DNA from: Thalia democratica
Taxonomy: Eukaryota
Direction: 5' to 3'
Assembly: GCA_965202585.1 (NCBI GenBank)
Contig: OZ241833.1
Coordinates: 1,054,001 to 1,118,000, forward strand
DNA length: 64,000 nt
Numbering within the stretch: position 1 is the stretch's first letter; the number at the start of each line of letters is the position of its first letter. A program made the translations under genes and the position numbers. The notes under the pieces are model-generated. The model ran no database searches. It was not told where the DNA came from and was given only the letters and a program-made list of their open reading frames with translations. This document shows, piece after piece, positions 53,301 through 64,000 of the stretch.

Positions 53301-55922
53301 TCACTAGGTCCTTAAAAACAACCTTATTGTAAAATACTAAGGTGGGCAACCAACCAGGAGAACTGATAACATTAAGAGAAATTTTTGATCACCAACAACT
53401 TAAAAAAAAACTTTATTGTAGGACATTAAGGTGGGCAACAAACCAGCAGAACAGATAACAGTGAAAGGAATTTTTGATCACCAAGAACTTAACAGCGATT
53501 TCATTGTGGGATACCAAGGTGGACTATAAACCTGCAGAACTGATATCAGTGAAAAAAATTTTTGATCACCAAGAACTAAACAGCAACTTCATTGTAGAAT
53601 ACCGAGGCGGGAAATGAACCAGCATAACTGTAACAGTGAAAGGATTTATTGATCACCGAGAACTTAACAGCAACTTCATTGTGGGATTTTAAAGTGGGCA
53701 ACAAACCAGCAGAACTGACAAAAGTAAAAGAAATTTTTGATCACCAACAACTTAACAGCGATTTCATTGTGGGATACCAAGGTGGACTATAAACCTGCAG
53801 AAATGATATCAGTGAAAAAAATTTTTGATCACCAAGAACTAAACAATAACTTCATTGTGGGATACTAAGATGGGCAACAAACCAGCAGAACTGATATCAG
53901 TTCATTGAACTTTTAATAACCAAGAACTAAACAGCTGTTTCATTGTAGAATACCGAGGCGCGAAATGAACCAGCATAACTGTAACAGTGAAAAGATTTAT
54001 TGATCACCAAGAACTTAACAGCGATTTCATTGTAGGTTACCAATGCGGGCAAATCACCAGCAGAACTGATATTAGTAAAAGTAATTTTTGATCACCAACA
54101 ACTAAACAGCGATTTCGTTGTGGGATACCAAGGTTGGCAACAAAACAGCAGAACTGATAACAGTAAAAGAAATTTTTGATCACCAAAAACTTAAAAAGGA
54201 CTTCATTGTAGGATACCAATGCAGGCAAAAAACCAGCAGAAATGATTACATTAAAAGATATTTTGAACACCAAGAACTTTACAGCGATTTCATTGTAGGA
54301 CACCAAGGTGGGCAACAAACCAGCAGAACTGATAACAGTGAAAGATATTTTGAACACCAAGAACTAAACAGCAACTTTATTGTAGAATACCAAGGCGGAA
54401 AACTAACCAGCAGAACTGTAACAGTGAAAGGATTTATTGATCACTAAGAACTTAACAGCGATTTCATTGTAGGACACCAAAGCGGACAATAAACCAGCAG
54501 AACTGATAACAGTAAAAGAAATTTTTGATCACCAAGAACTTAACAGCAACTTCATTGTAGGACACCATGGCGGGGAACAAACTAGCAGAACTGATAACAA
54601 TAAAGAAATTTTGATCACGAAGAACTTAATTGCGTCTTCATTGTTAGATACCAATGCGGGCAAAAAACCAGCAGAACTAGTAACAGTAAAGATATTTTGA
54701 ACACAAAAAACTTAAAGACGACTTCATTGTAGAATAACGAGGTGGGCAACAAACCAGCAGAACTGATAACAGTGAAAGATATTTTGAACACAAAGAACTA
54801 AACAGCGACTTCATTGTAGAATACCGAGGCGGGAAACAAACCACCAGAACTGTAACAGTGAAAGGATTTATTGATCACCAAGAACTTAACAGCGTCTTCA
54901 TTGTAGGATACCAAGGCAGACAACAAACCAGCAGAGCTGATAACAGTAAAATAAATTTTTTATCAATAAGAACTTAACAGCGATTTCATTGTAGAACTCT
55001 AAAGCGGGCAACAAAAAATTAGAACTGAAGACAGTAAAAGAAATTTTTGATCACCAAGTACTTAACAGCGATTTTTTGCAGAATACCAAGGCGGGAAACA
55101 AACCAGCAGAACTGATTAGAGTGAAAAAAAAAATTTGATAATCAAGAACTTAACAGTGTCTTCGTTGGATGCCGTAGCAAGCTACAAACTAGCAGAACTG
55201 ATAACAGTGAAATGATTTTTCGATCAACAACAAAATAACGACTTTACTGTAGGATACCGAGGCGGGAACCAAACCAAGAGAACTGATAACAATGATAGAA
55301 ATTTAAGATTACTGACTCCTTAACAGCGACTTCATTGTAGGATACCAAAGGGGGGGGGGGGGATAAACCAGCAGAACTGATAACAATGAAAGGAATTTTA
55401 GATCACTTGGTCCTTAATAACAACCTAATTGTAAGATACTAAGGTGGGCAACCAACCAGCAGAATTGATAACACTAACAGAAATTTTTGATCACTAAGAA
55501 CTTAAAAACAACTTTATTGTAGGTCACCAAGGCGGGCAACAAAACAGCAGAACTGATAACAGTGAAAGGAATTTTAAATCATCAAGAACTTAACAGCGTC
55601 TTCAATGTGGGATACCAAGGTGGGCAACAAACGAGCAGAACTAATAACAGTAAAAGAATTTTTCGATCATCAAGAACTTAACAACGATTTTATTGTGGAA
55701 TACTAAGGTGGGCAACAAACCAGCAGAACTGATATCAGTAAAATGAATTTTTAATGACCAAGAACTTAACAACGACTTTATTGTAGGACACCTAGGCGGA
55801 CAACAAACCAGCAGAAACGATTTCAGTTGATTGAATTTTTTGATTACCAAGAACTTAACAGCGATTTCATCGTAGGATACCAAGGCGGGCAAAAAACTAG
55901 CAGAACTGATAACAGTGAAATA

Positions 55923-56450
55923 AATTTTTGATCAGCACAAACTTAACAGCGATTTCATTGTAGGATACCAAGGCGGGGAACAAACCAGCAGAACTGATAT
56001 CAATGAAGGAATTTTTGATCACCGAGAAATAAACAGCAACTTCATCGTAAGACACCAAAGCGGGCAACAAACAAGCAGAACTGATAACAGTAAAAGATAT
56101 TTTGAACACCAAGAAATAAACAGCAACTTCATTGTAGAACACCAAGGCGGGCACTAAAACAGCAGAACTGTAACAGTGAAACGAATTTTTGATCAGCACA
56201 AACTTAACAGCGATTTCATTGTAGGATACCAAGGCGGGGAACAAACCAGCAGAACTGATATCAATGAAGGAATTTTTGATCACCGAGAAATAAACAGCAA
56301 CTTCATCGTAAGACACCAAAGCGGGCAACAAACAAGCAGAACTGATAACAGTAAAAGATATTTTGAACACCAAGAAATAAACAGCAACTTCATTGTAGAA
56401 CACCAAGGCGGGCACTAAAACAGCAGAACTGTAACAGTGAAACGAATTTT
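55923..56450 (+). repeat. Apparently exact 261-bp tandem duplication (three 87-bp B monomers)
   Basis: AATTTTTGATCAGCACAAAC at 55923 recurs at 56184 (offset 261). The two copies read identically by eye, which produces the 87-aa repeat in the 172-aa minus-strand ORF. Confidence 0.9.
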
Positions 56451-56837
56451 AGGTCCCCAAGAACTTAACAGCGTCTTTATTGTAGGACACCAATGCGAAC
56501 AATAAACCAGCATAACTGATAACAGTGAAAGGAATTTTTGATTACCGAGAACTTAACAGCGATTTCATTGTGGGAAACCAAGGTTGGAAACAAAGCAGCA
56601 GAACTAATATAAGTAAAATGAATTTTAGATCACCAAGAACTTATTAACGACTTCATTGTAGAATACCAAGGCGGGTAATGAGCTAGCAAAACTGATAACA
56701 ATAAAAGAAATTTTTTTAATCACTATGAACTTAACAACGACTTCATTGTAGGATAGCAAGGCGAACAACAAACCTGCAGAACTGTAACAGTGAAATGAAT
56801 TTTTCATCACTCTGAACTTAACAGCGTCTTCATTGTA

Positions 56838-56862
56838 GGATCCGGCCGAATATTGCCATTTT
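56838..56862. mobile_element. 25-bp relic of the ATCCGG element start embedded inside satellite B array 2
   Basis: GGATCCGGCCGAATATTGCCATTTT matches 24232-24256. It is followed by the filler AGAAGAAGAAGATAA, and satellite B then resumes. Confidence 0.85.
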
Positions 56863-59800
56863 AGAAGAAGAAGATAATAGAAGTGAAAGGAATTTTTGAT
56901 CATCGAGAACTTAACAGCATTTTTATTGGAGAAAACCAAGGCGGGAAACAAACAAGCAGAACTGATAACAGTAAAAGAAATTTTTGATCACCGAGAACTT
57001 AACAGCGTCTTCATTGTAGTATACCAAGGCAGACAACAAACCAGCAGAGCTGATAACAGTAAAATGAATTTTTGATCAATAAGAACTTAACAGCGATTTC
57101 ATTGTAGAACATTAAAGCGGGCAACAAAAAATTAGATCTGATAACAGTAAAAGAAATATTTGATCACCAAGAACTCAACAGCGATTTCATCGTAGAACAC
57201 TAAAGCGGGCTACAAATCATCAGAACTGAAAACAGTAAAAGAAATTTTTGATCACCAAGTACTTAACAGCGATTTTTTGCAGGATTACTAGGCGGGAAAC
57301 AAACAAGCAGAACTGATTAGAGTGAAAAAAATTTTAAATCATCAAGAACTTAACAGTGTCTTTGTTGGATGCCATGGCAAGCTACAAACCAGCAGAACTT
57401 ATAACAGTGAAGAGAATTTTTAATCACCAACAACCTAACAACGACTTAATTGTAGGATACCAAGGCGGGCAACAAACCAGCAGAACTGATAACAATAAAA
57501 GATATTTTTGATCACCAAGAACTTAACAGCGATTTCATTGTTGGATACCAAGGTCGACCACAAACCTGCACAATTGATATCAGTAAAAGGAATTTTTGAT
57601 CAACAAGAACTTAACAGCGATTTCATTGTGGGATACCAAGGTGGACTACAAACTTGCATAAACTGATATCAGTAAAAGGAATTTTTGATCACCAAGAACT
57701 TGAAAACAACTTTTTGTGGTCACCAAAGTTGGTAACAAACAAACAGAACTGATAACAGTAAAAGGAAATTTTGATCACCAAGAACTTAACAACGACTTCA
57801 TTGTGAGATACCAAAGTGGGCAACAAACCAGCAGAACTGATAACAGTAAAAGAAATTTTTGATCACCATGAACTTAAACCGATTTCATTGTGGGATACCA
57901 AGGTGGACTACAAACCTGCAAAAACTGATATCAGTAAAAGGAATTTTTGATCAACAAGAACTTAACAACAACTTCATTGTAGGATTCTAAAGCGGGCAAA
58001 AAACCAGCAGAACTGATAACAGTAAACGAAACTTTTCTTCACTAAGAACTTAACAGCGTCTTCATTGTGGGATACTAAGGTGGGCAACAAACCAGCAGAA
58101 CAGATAACAGTGAAAGGAATTTTTTATCACCAAGAACTTAAGTACAACTTAATTGTAGGATACCAAGGCAGGTTAAGAGCTAGCATAACTGATAACAATA
58201 AAAAATTTTTTTGATTACCAAGAACTTAACAACGACTTCATTGTAGGACACCAAGGCAGACAACAAACCAACAAAATTGATAAAAGTTAAAGAAATTTTT
58301 CATCACCGAGAACTTAACAGCATCTTCATTTTAGGATACCAAGGCAGACAACAAACCAGCATAGCTGATAACAGTTAATTGAATTTTTAATCATCAAGAA
58401 CTTAACAACGACTTCATTGTAGGATACCAAGGCGGGCAACAAACCAGCAGAAAAGATAACAGTAAATTGAATTTTTGATCACCAAGAATTTAACAGCGAT
58501 TTCATTGTAGGACATCAAGGCGGGCTACAAACCATAAAAACTTATAGCAGTTAAAGGAATTTTTGATCATCAAGAATTTAACAGCGTCTTAATTGTTGGA
58601 TACTAAAGCCGACAACAAACTAGCAGAACTGATAACAGTAAAAGGAATTTTTGATCACCACGAACTTAAAAACAAACTCATTGTAAGAAACTAAGGTAGG
58701 CAACCAACCAGCAGAACTGAAAACAGTAACAGAATTTTTTGATTACCAAGAACTTAAAAAGACTTCATTGTAGAATAGCAAGACGGGCACAAACCAGCAG
58801 AACTGATAACAATTAAGGGAATTTTTGATCACCGAGAACTTAAAAACAACTTAATTGTAAGAAACTAAGGTGGGCAACAAACCATCAGAACTGATAACAG
58901 TAAAAGATATTTTGATAACCAAGAAATAAACAGCAACTTCGTTGTAGAATACCGAGGCGGGAAATAAACCAGCATAACTATAACAGTGAAACGATTTATT
59001 GATCACCAAGAACTTAACAGCAACTTCATTGTAGGTTACCAATGCGAGCAAAAAACCAGCAGAACTGATAACAGTAAAAGTAATTTTTGATCACCAAGAA
59101 CTAAACAGCGATTTCGTTGTGGGATACCAAGGTGGGCAAAATACCAGCAGAACTGATAACAGTAAAAGAAATTTTGATCACCAAAAATTTTAAAATGACT
59201 TCATTGTTTAATACCGAGGCGGGCAAAAAACCAGCGGAACTGATATCAGTAAAAGAAATTTTGATCACCAAGAAGTTAACAGCAACTTCATTGTAGGACA
59301 CCAAAGCGGACAATAAACCAGCAGAACTGATAACAGTAAAAGAAATTTTTGATCACCAAGAACTTAACAGCAACTTCATTATAAGAAACGAAAGCGGGCA
59401 ACTAACCAGCAGAACTGATAACAGTGAAAGATCTTTGAACACTAATAACTAAACAGCAACTTCATTGTAGAATACCAAGGCGGGAAACAAACCAGCAGAA
59501 CTGATAACAGTAAAAGAAATTTTTGATCACCAAGAACTTAACAGCGATTTCATTGTAGGATACCAAGGCAGACAATAAACCAGCAGAAGTGATAACTGTG
59601 AAAGGAAATTTTTGATCATTAAGAACTTAACAGCAACTTCATTGTAAGACACCAAGGCGGACAATAAACCAGCAGAAGTGATAACTGTGAAAGGAATTTT
59701 AAATCATATCATCAAGAACTTAACATTGTCTTCGTTGGATGCCAAGGCAAGCTACAAACCAGCAGAACTCAAAACATTGAAGAGATTTTTCGATCAACAA

Positions 59801-62800
59801 CAACACAGCGACTTCATTGTAGGATACCGAGGCTGGAAACAAAGCTGCAGAACTTATAACAGTGAAATGAATTTTTGATCACTAACAACTTAACAACGAC
59901 TTAATTGTAGGATACCAAGGCGGGCAACAAACCAGGAGAACTGATAACAATAAAAGGAATTTTAGATCACTAGGTCCTTAAAAACAACCTAATGGTAAAG
60001 ACCAACTATAATTGTAATAAAAAGAATTTTTTGATCACCAAGAACTTAACAGCGATTTCATTGTCGAATACCAAGGTGGACTACAAACCAGCAGAACTGA
60101 TATCAGTGAAAGGAATTTTTGATAACCAAGATTTTAACAACAACTTCATTGTAAGATACCAATTTGGGCGAAATACCAGCAGAACTGGAAACAGTAAAAG
60201 AAATTTTGATGACCAAGAACTAAACAGCAATTTCATTGTAGGACACAAAGGCGGGCAACAGAACAGCAGAACTGATAACAGTGAAAGAAATTTTTGATCG
60301 CCAAGAACTTAATAGTGTCTTCATTTTGGGATACCAAGGTGGGCAACAAACAAGCAGAACTGATAACAGTGAAAGGAAACTTTGATCACCGAGAACTTAA
60401 CAGCGATTTCATTGTAGGACTTTAAAGAGGGCTACAAACAAGCAGAACTGATAACAGTAAATTGAAATTTAATTCACCAAGAAGTTAACATCAATTTCAT
60501 TGTAAGACACCATTGCATGCACTAAACAAGCAGAATTGATAAGAGTAAAAGAAATTTTTGATTACCAAAAACTTGTAAACGACTTCATTGTAGGATACCA
60601 AGGCGGGCAACAAACCAGCAAAACTGATAACAGTGAAAGGAATTTTTGATCACCAAGAACTAAACAGCAACTTCATTGTAGGACACCATGGCGGGCAACA
60701 AACCAGCAGAACTGATAAAAGTAAAAGAAATTTTTATCACCAAGAACTTAACAGCAACTGCATTGTAGGACACCAAGACGGAAAACAAACCGGCAGAACT
60801 GATAACAGCGAAAGAAGTTTTTGATCACCAAGAACATAACAATTAATTCATTGTGGGATACCAAGGCGGGTAACAAACCAGCAGAACTGATAACAGTAAG
60901 AAGAATTTTTAATCAGCAAGAACTTAACAGCGCTTTCATTGTGGGATACCAAGGTGGACAAAAAACAAGCAGAACTGATATCAGTGAAAGGAATATTTCA
61001 TCACTAAGAACTTAACAGCGGTTTCATTGTAGGATACCAAGGTGGGCATTAAACTAGCAGTTTTGGTTATCAAGAAGTTAACAGCGATTTCATTTTGGGA
61101 TACCAAGGTTGACAACAAACTAGCAGAACTGATATCAGTTAAAGGAATTTTTGATCACTTAAAACATTACAATGACATCATTGTAGGACACCAAGACGGG
61201 CAACAAACCAGCAGAACTGATAAAAATAAAATAAACTTTCAATTAACAAGAACTTAACAGCGACTTCATTGTAGGACATTAAAGCGGGCTACAAACTAGC
61301 AGAACTGATAACAGTGAAATGACTTTTTGATCACCAAGAACTTAACAGCGACTTAATTGTAGGACACAAAGGCAAGCAACAAACTAGAAGCACTGATAAC
61401 AGTAAAAGAAATTTTGATCACCAAAAAATAAGCAGCAACTTCATTGTAAAACACCTTGGCGGGTAACGAAACAGCAGAACTGTAACAGTGAAATGAATTT
61501 TTTATCACCAAGAACTTAACAGCGTCTTTACACCAAAGCGGACAATAAACCAGCAGAACTAATAACAGTGAAAGGAATTTTTAATGACCGAGAACTTAAC
61601 AGCGATTTCATTGTAGAACATTAAAACGGGCAACAAAACATTAGAACTGATAACAGTGAATGGAATTTTTGAACACCAAGAACATAACAGCGACTTCATT
61701 TTAAGATACCATACGGGCAACAAACCAGCAGAACTGATAACAGTGAAAGAAATTTTTGATCACGAAGAACTTAACTGTGTCTTCATTGTCGAATACCAAG
61801 GTGGGCAACAAACCAGCGGAACTAATATCAGTGGAGGAATTTTTAATCACCAAGAATTTAATAACGAATTCAATGTAGAACACCAAGGCGGGTAATGAGC
61901 TAACAAAACTGATAACAATAAAAGAAATTTTTTTATCACCAAGAACTTAACAACGACTTCATTGTAGAAAACCAAGGCGGGAAACAAACAAGCAGAACTG
62001 ATAACAGTAAAAGAAATTTTTTATCACCGAGAACTTAACAGTGTCTTCATTGTAGGATACCAAAGCAGACAACAAACCAGCAGAGCTGATAACAGTAAAA
62101 TGAATTTTTGATCAATAAGATTTAACAGCAATTTAGATGTAGAACATTAAAGCGGGCAACAAAACATTAGAACTGAAAACAGTAAAAGAAATTTTTTATC
62201 ACCGAGAACTTAACAGCGATTTTTTGCAGGATACCAAGGCGGGAAACAAACCAGCAGAACTGATTAGAGTGAAATGAATTTTTAATCATCAAGAACTTAA
62301 CAGTGTCTTCGTTGGATGCCAAGGCAAGCTACAAACCAGCAGAACTCATAACAGTGAAATGAATTTTCGATCAAAAAGAAAACAGCGACTTCATTGTAGT
62401 ATACCTAGGCGGAAAACAAACCAGCAGAACTTATAAAAAAGAAATGAATTTTTGATCACCAACAACTTAACAACTACTTAATTGTAGGATACCAAGGCGG
62501 GAAACAAACCAGGAGAACTGATACAATGATAGAAAATTAAGACCACTAAGTCCTTAACAGCGTCTTCATTGTAGGTTACCAAGGCGGGCAATAAACCAGG
62601 AGAACTGAAAACAATGAAAGGAATTTTAGATCACCAAGAACTTAAAAACTACTTTATTGTAGGACACCAAGGTGGGCAAAAAACCAGCAGAACAGATAAC
62701 AGTGAAAGGAATTTTTGATCATCAAGAACTTAACAACGACTTCAATGTAGGATACCAAAGTGGGCAACAGACCAGCAAAACTGACAACAGTAAAAGAAAT

Positions 62801-63801
62801 TTTTGATCACCATGAACTGAACAGCGATTTCATTGTGGGATACCAAGGTCGACTACAAACCTGCAGAACTGATATCAGTGAAAGGAATTTTTGATCACCA
62901 AGAACTTAACATCAACTTCATTGTAGGACACCAAGGCCGACAACAAACCAGCAGAACTGATTTCAGTGAAATGAATTTTTGATCATCAATAACTTAACAG
63001 CGATTTCATTGTAGGATACCAAGACGGGCAACAAACCAGCAGAACTTCTAACAGTAAAATAATTTTTAATGACCAAGAACTTAACAGCGATTTTATTGTA
63101 GGATACCAAGACGGGCAACAAACCAGCAGAACTGATAACAGTAAAAGAATTTTGATCACCAAGAACTTAAAAGCGATTTAATTGTAGGACACCAAGGCGG
63201 GCAACAAACTAGCGGAACTGATAACAGTGAAAGGACTTTTTGATCAGCAAAAACTAAACAGCGAGTTCATTGTAGGATACCAAGGCGGGCAACATACCAA
63301 CAGAACTGATATCAGTGAAGGAATTTTTGATTACCAAGAAATAAACAGCAACTTCATTGTAGGACACCAAGGCGGGCAACAAAACAGCAGAACTGCTACC
63401 AGTGAAAGGAATTTTTGATCACAAAGAACTTAAGTACAACTTAATTGTAGGATACCAAGGCAGGTAATGAGCTAGCATAACTGATAACAATAAAATAATT
63501 TTTTGATCACCAAGAACTTAACAACGACTTAATTGTAGGATAGCAATGCGGGCTACAAACCTGCAGAACTGATAGAAGTAAAAGTATTATTTAATCATCG
63601 AGAACTTAACAGCGATTTCATTGTAAAACATTAAAGCGGGCAACAAAACATTAGAACTGAGAACAGAAAAAGAAATTTTTGATCACTCTGAACTTAACAG
63701 CGTCTTTATTGTAGGACACTAAGGCGGGAAACAAACAAGCAGAACTGATAACAGTAAAATAAATTTTTGATCACCGAGAACTTAACAACGTCTTAATTGT
63801 A

Positions 63802-64000
63802 GGATCCGGCCGAATATTGCCATATTTGGCTAATATCTGGATCCGGCCGAATCCTAATTTGAAAAAAAAGTCCGTATCCGGGTCCGTCCGGACCCGCAAT
63901 TGTGAGTCCAGAACAAAACTCTTAATATCTAATATTCAATTTTTTTGAAATTACTTTTGTTTGCTCATATCTTAACTATGAGCTTAACTATTCTCAGTTG
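63802..64000. mobile_element. Second copy of the ATCCGG transposon-end-like fragment (runs off the window edge)
   Basis: It has the same GTAGGAT|CCGGCCGAATATTGCC junction as 24232. Bases 63897-64000 match 24411-24514 with one substitution. It lacks 84 bp (two ~42-bp subrepeats) relative to copy 1. Confidence 0.85.

Larger units (their letters stand above)
46422..63805 (+). repeat. Satellite family B, array 2 (~88 bp monomers, about 197 copies)
   Basis: Same 88-bp consensus and orientation as array B1, and it starts at the same A->B breakpoint (TTTAGCTAAA|ATTGTAGAACATTGAAGC). Confidence 0.97.
43750..64000 (+). repeat. Second copy of a large direct segmental duplication (paralogous to about 9400-24520)
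   Basis: Diagnostic variant monomers are colinear: 9521/43869, 10276/44891, A->B junction 11811/46422, 12161/46860, 13998/48692, 23461/62767, and B->ATCCGG junction 24232/63802. The offset grows from about 34.3 kb to 39.6 kb. Confidence 0.9.

Noticed and set aside
50538-55362. G-runs (G10 at about 50538, G13 at about 55350) as G-quadruplex or regulatory motifs
   Set aside because: They are homopolymer expansions of the G6 tract in one B variant monomer. They are single tracts and prone to slippage or sequencing error.
11897-63418. Dozens of 60-170 aa ORFs in satellite B (e.g. KGIFDHQELNSDFIVGYQGGQQTSRTDNS and LLPALVSYNEIAVKFLVIK repeats) as a repeat-protein gene
   Set aside because: The monomer is mostly 88 bp, which is not a multiple of 3. 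ORFs appear in all frames on both strands and end at random, with no splice structure or recognisable domain.
11811-63805. CRISPR-like appearance of the 88-bp repeats (conserved core with variable parts)
   Set aside because: The variable parts are point variants of one consensus, not unique spacers. There are no cas genes or leader, and the context is eukaryotic satellite and transposon DNA.
1-64000. Telomeric repeats, rRNA or tRNA genes, CENP-B boxes
   Set aside because: I saw no TTAGGG or TTAGG arrays, no cloverleaf or rRNA-like sequence, and no CENP-B box consensus. Centromeric function cannot be inferred from the sequence alone.

Overview
Non-genic, AT-rich eukaryotic heterochromatin. 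An animal host, possibly cnidarian (Hydra-like), is a guess based on composition and transposon types. I find no credible intact protein-coding gene, RNA gene or CRISPR array. The window is built from two unrelated tandem satellites in direct orientation: family A (~258-259 bp monomer) at 1-11810 and 24733-46421, and family B (~88 bp monomer) at 11811-24235 and 46422-63805. Each B array ends in the same truncated, CpG-rich ATCCGG-repeat transposon-end-like fragment (24232-24732 and 63802-64000+). Three other inserts or relics are present: a decayed Ty3/Gypsy-like gag fragment (3726-4642, minus strand), a 3.09-kb hAT (Charlie/SPIN-like) element with intact TIRs and an 8-bp TSD (32301-35393), and a 25-bp relic of the ATCCGG junction inside array B2 (56838-56862). 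The main result is the architecture. The A->B junction (11811 and 46422) and the B->ATCCGG junction (24232 and 63802) each occur twice with the same breakpoint, so the whole [satellite A][satellite B][transposon end] block has been copied as a ~35-40 kb macro-unit. Nested higher-order repeats, conversion-like tracts and CpG-decay signatures are superimposed on it. Nearly all ORFs in the supplied track are by-products of the satellites. Positions and mismatch counts were read by eye.
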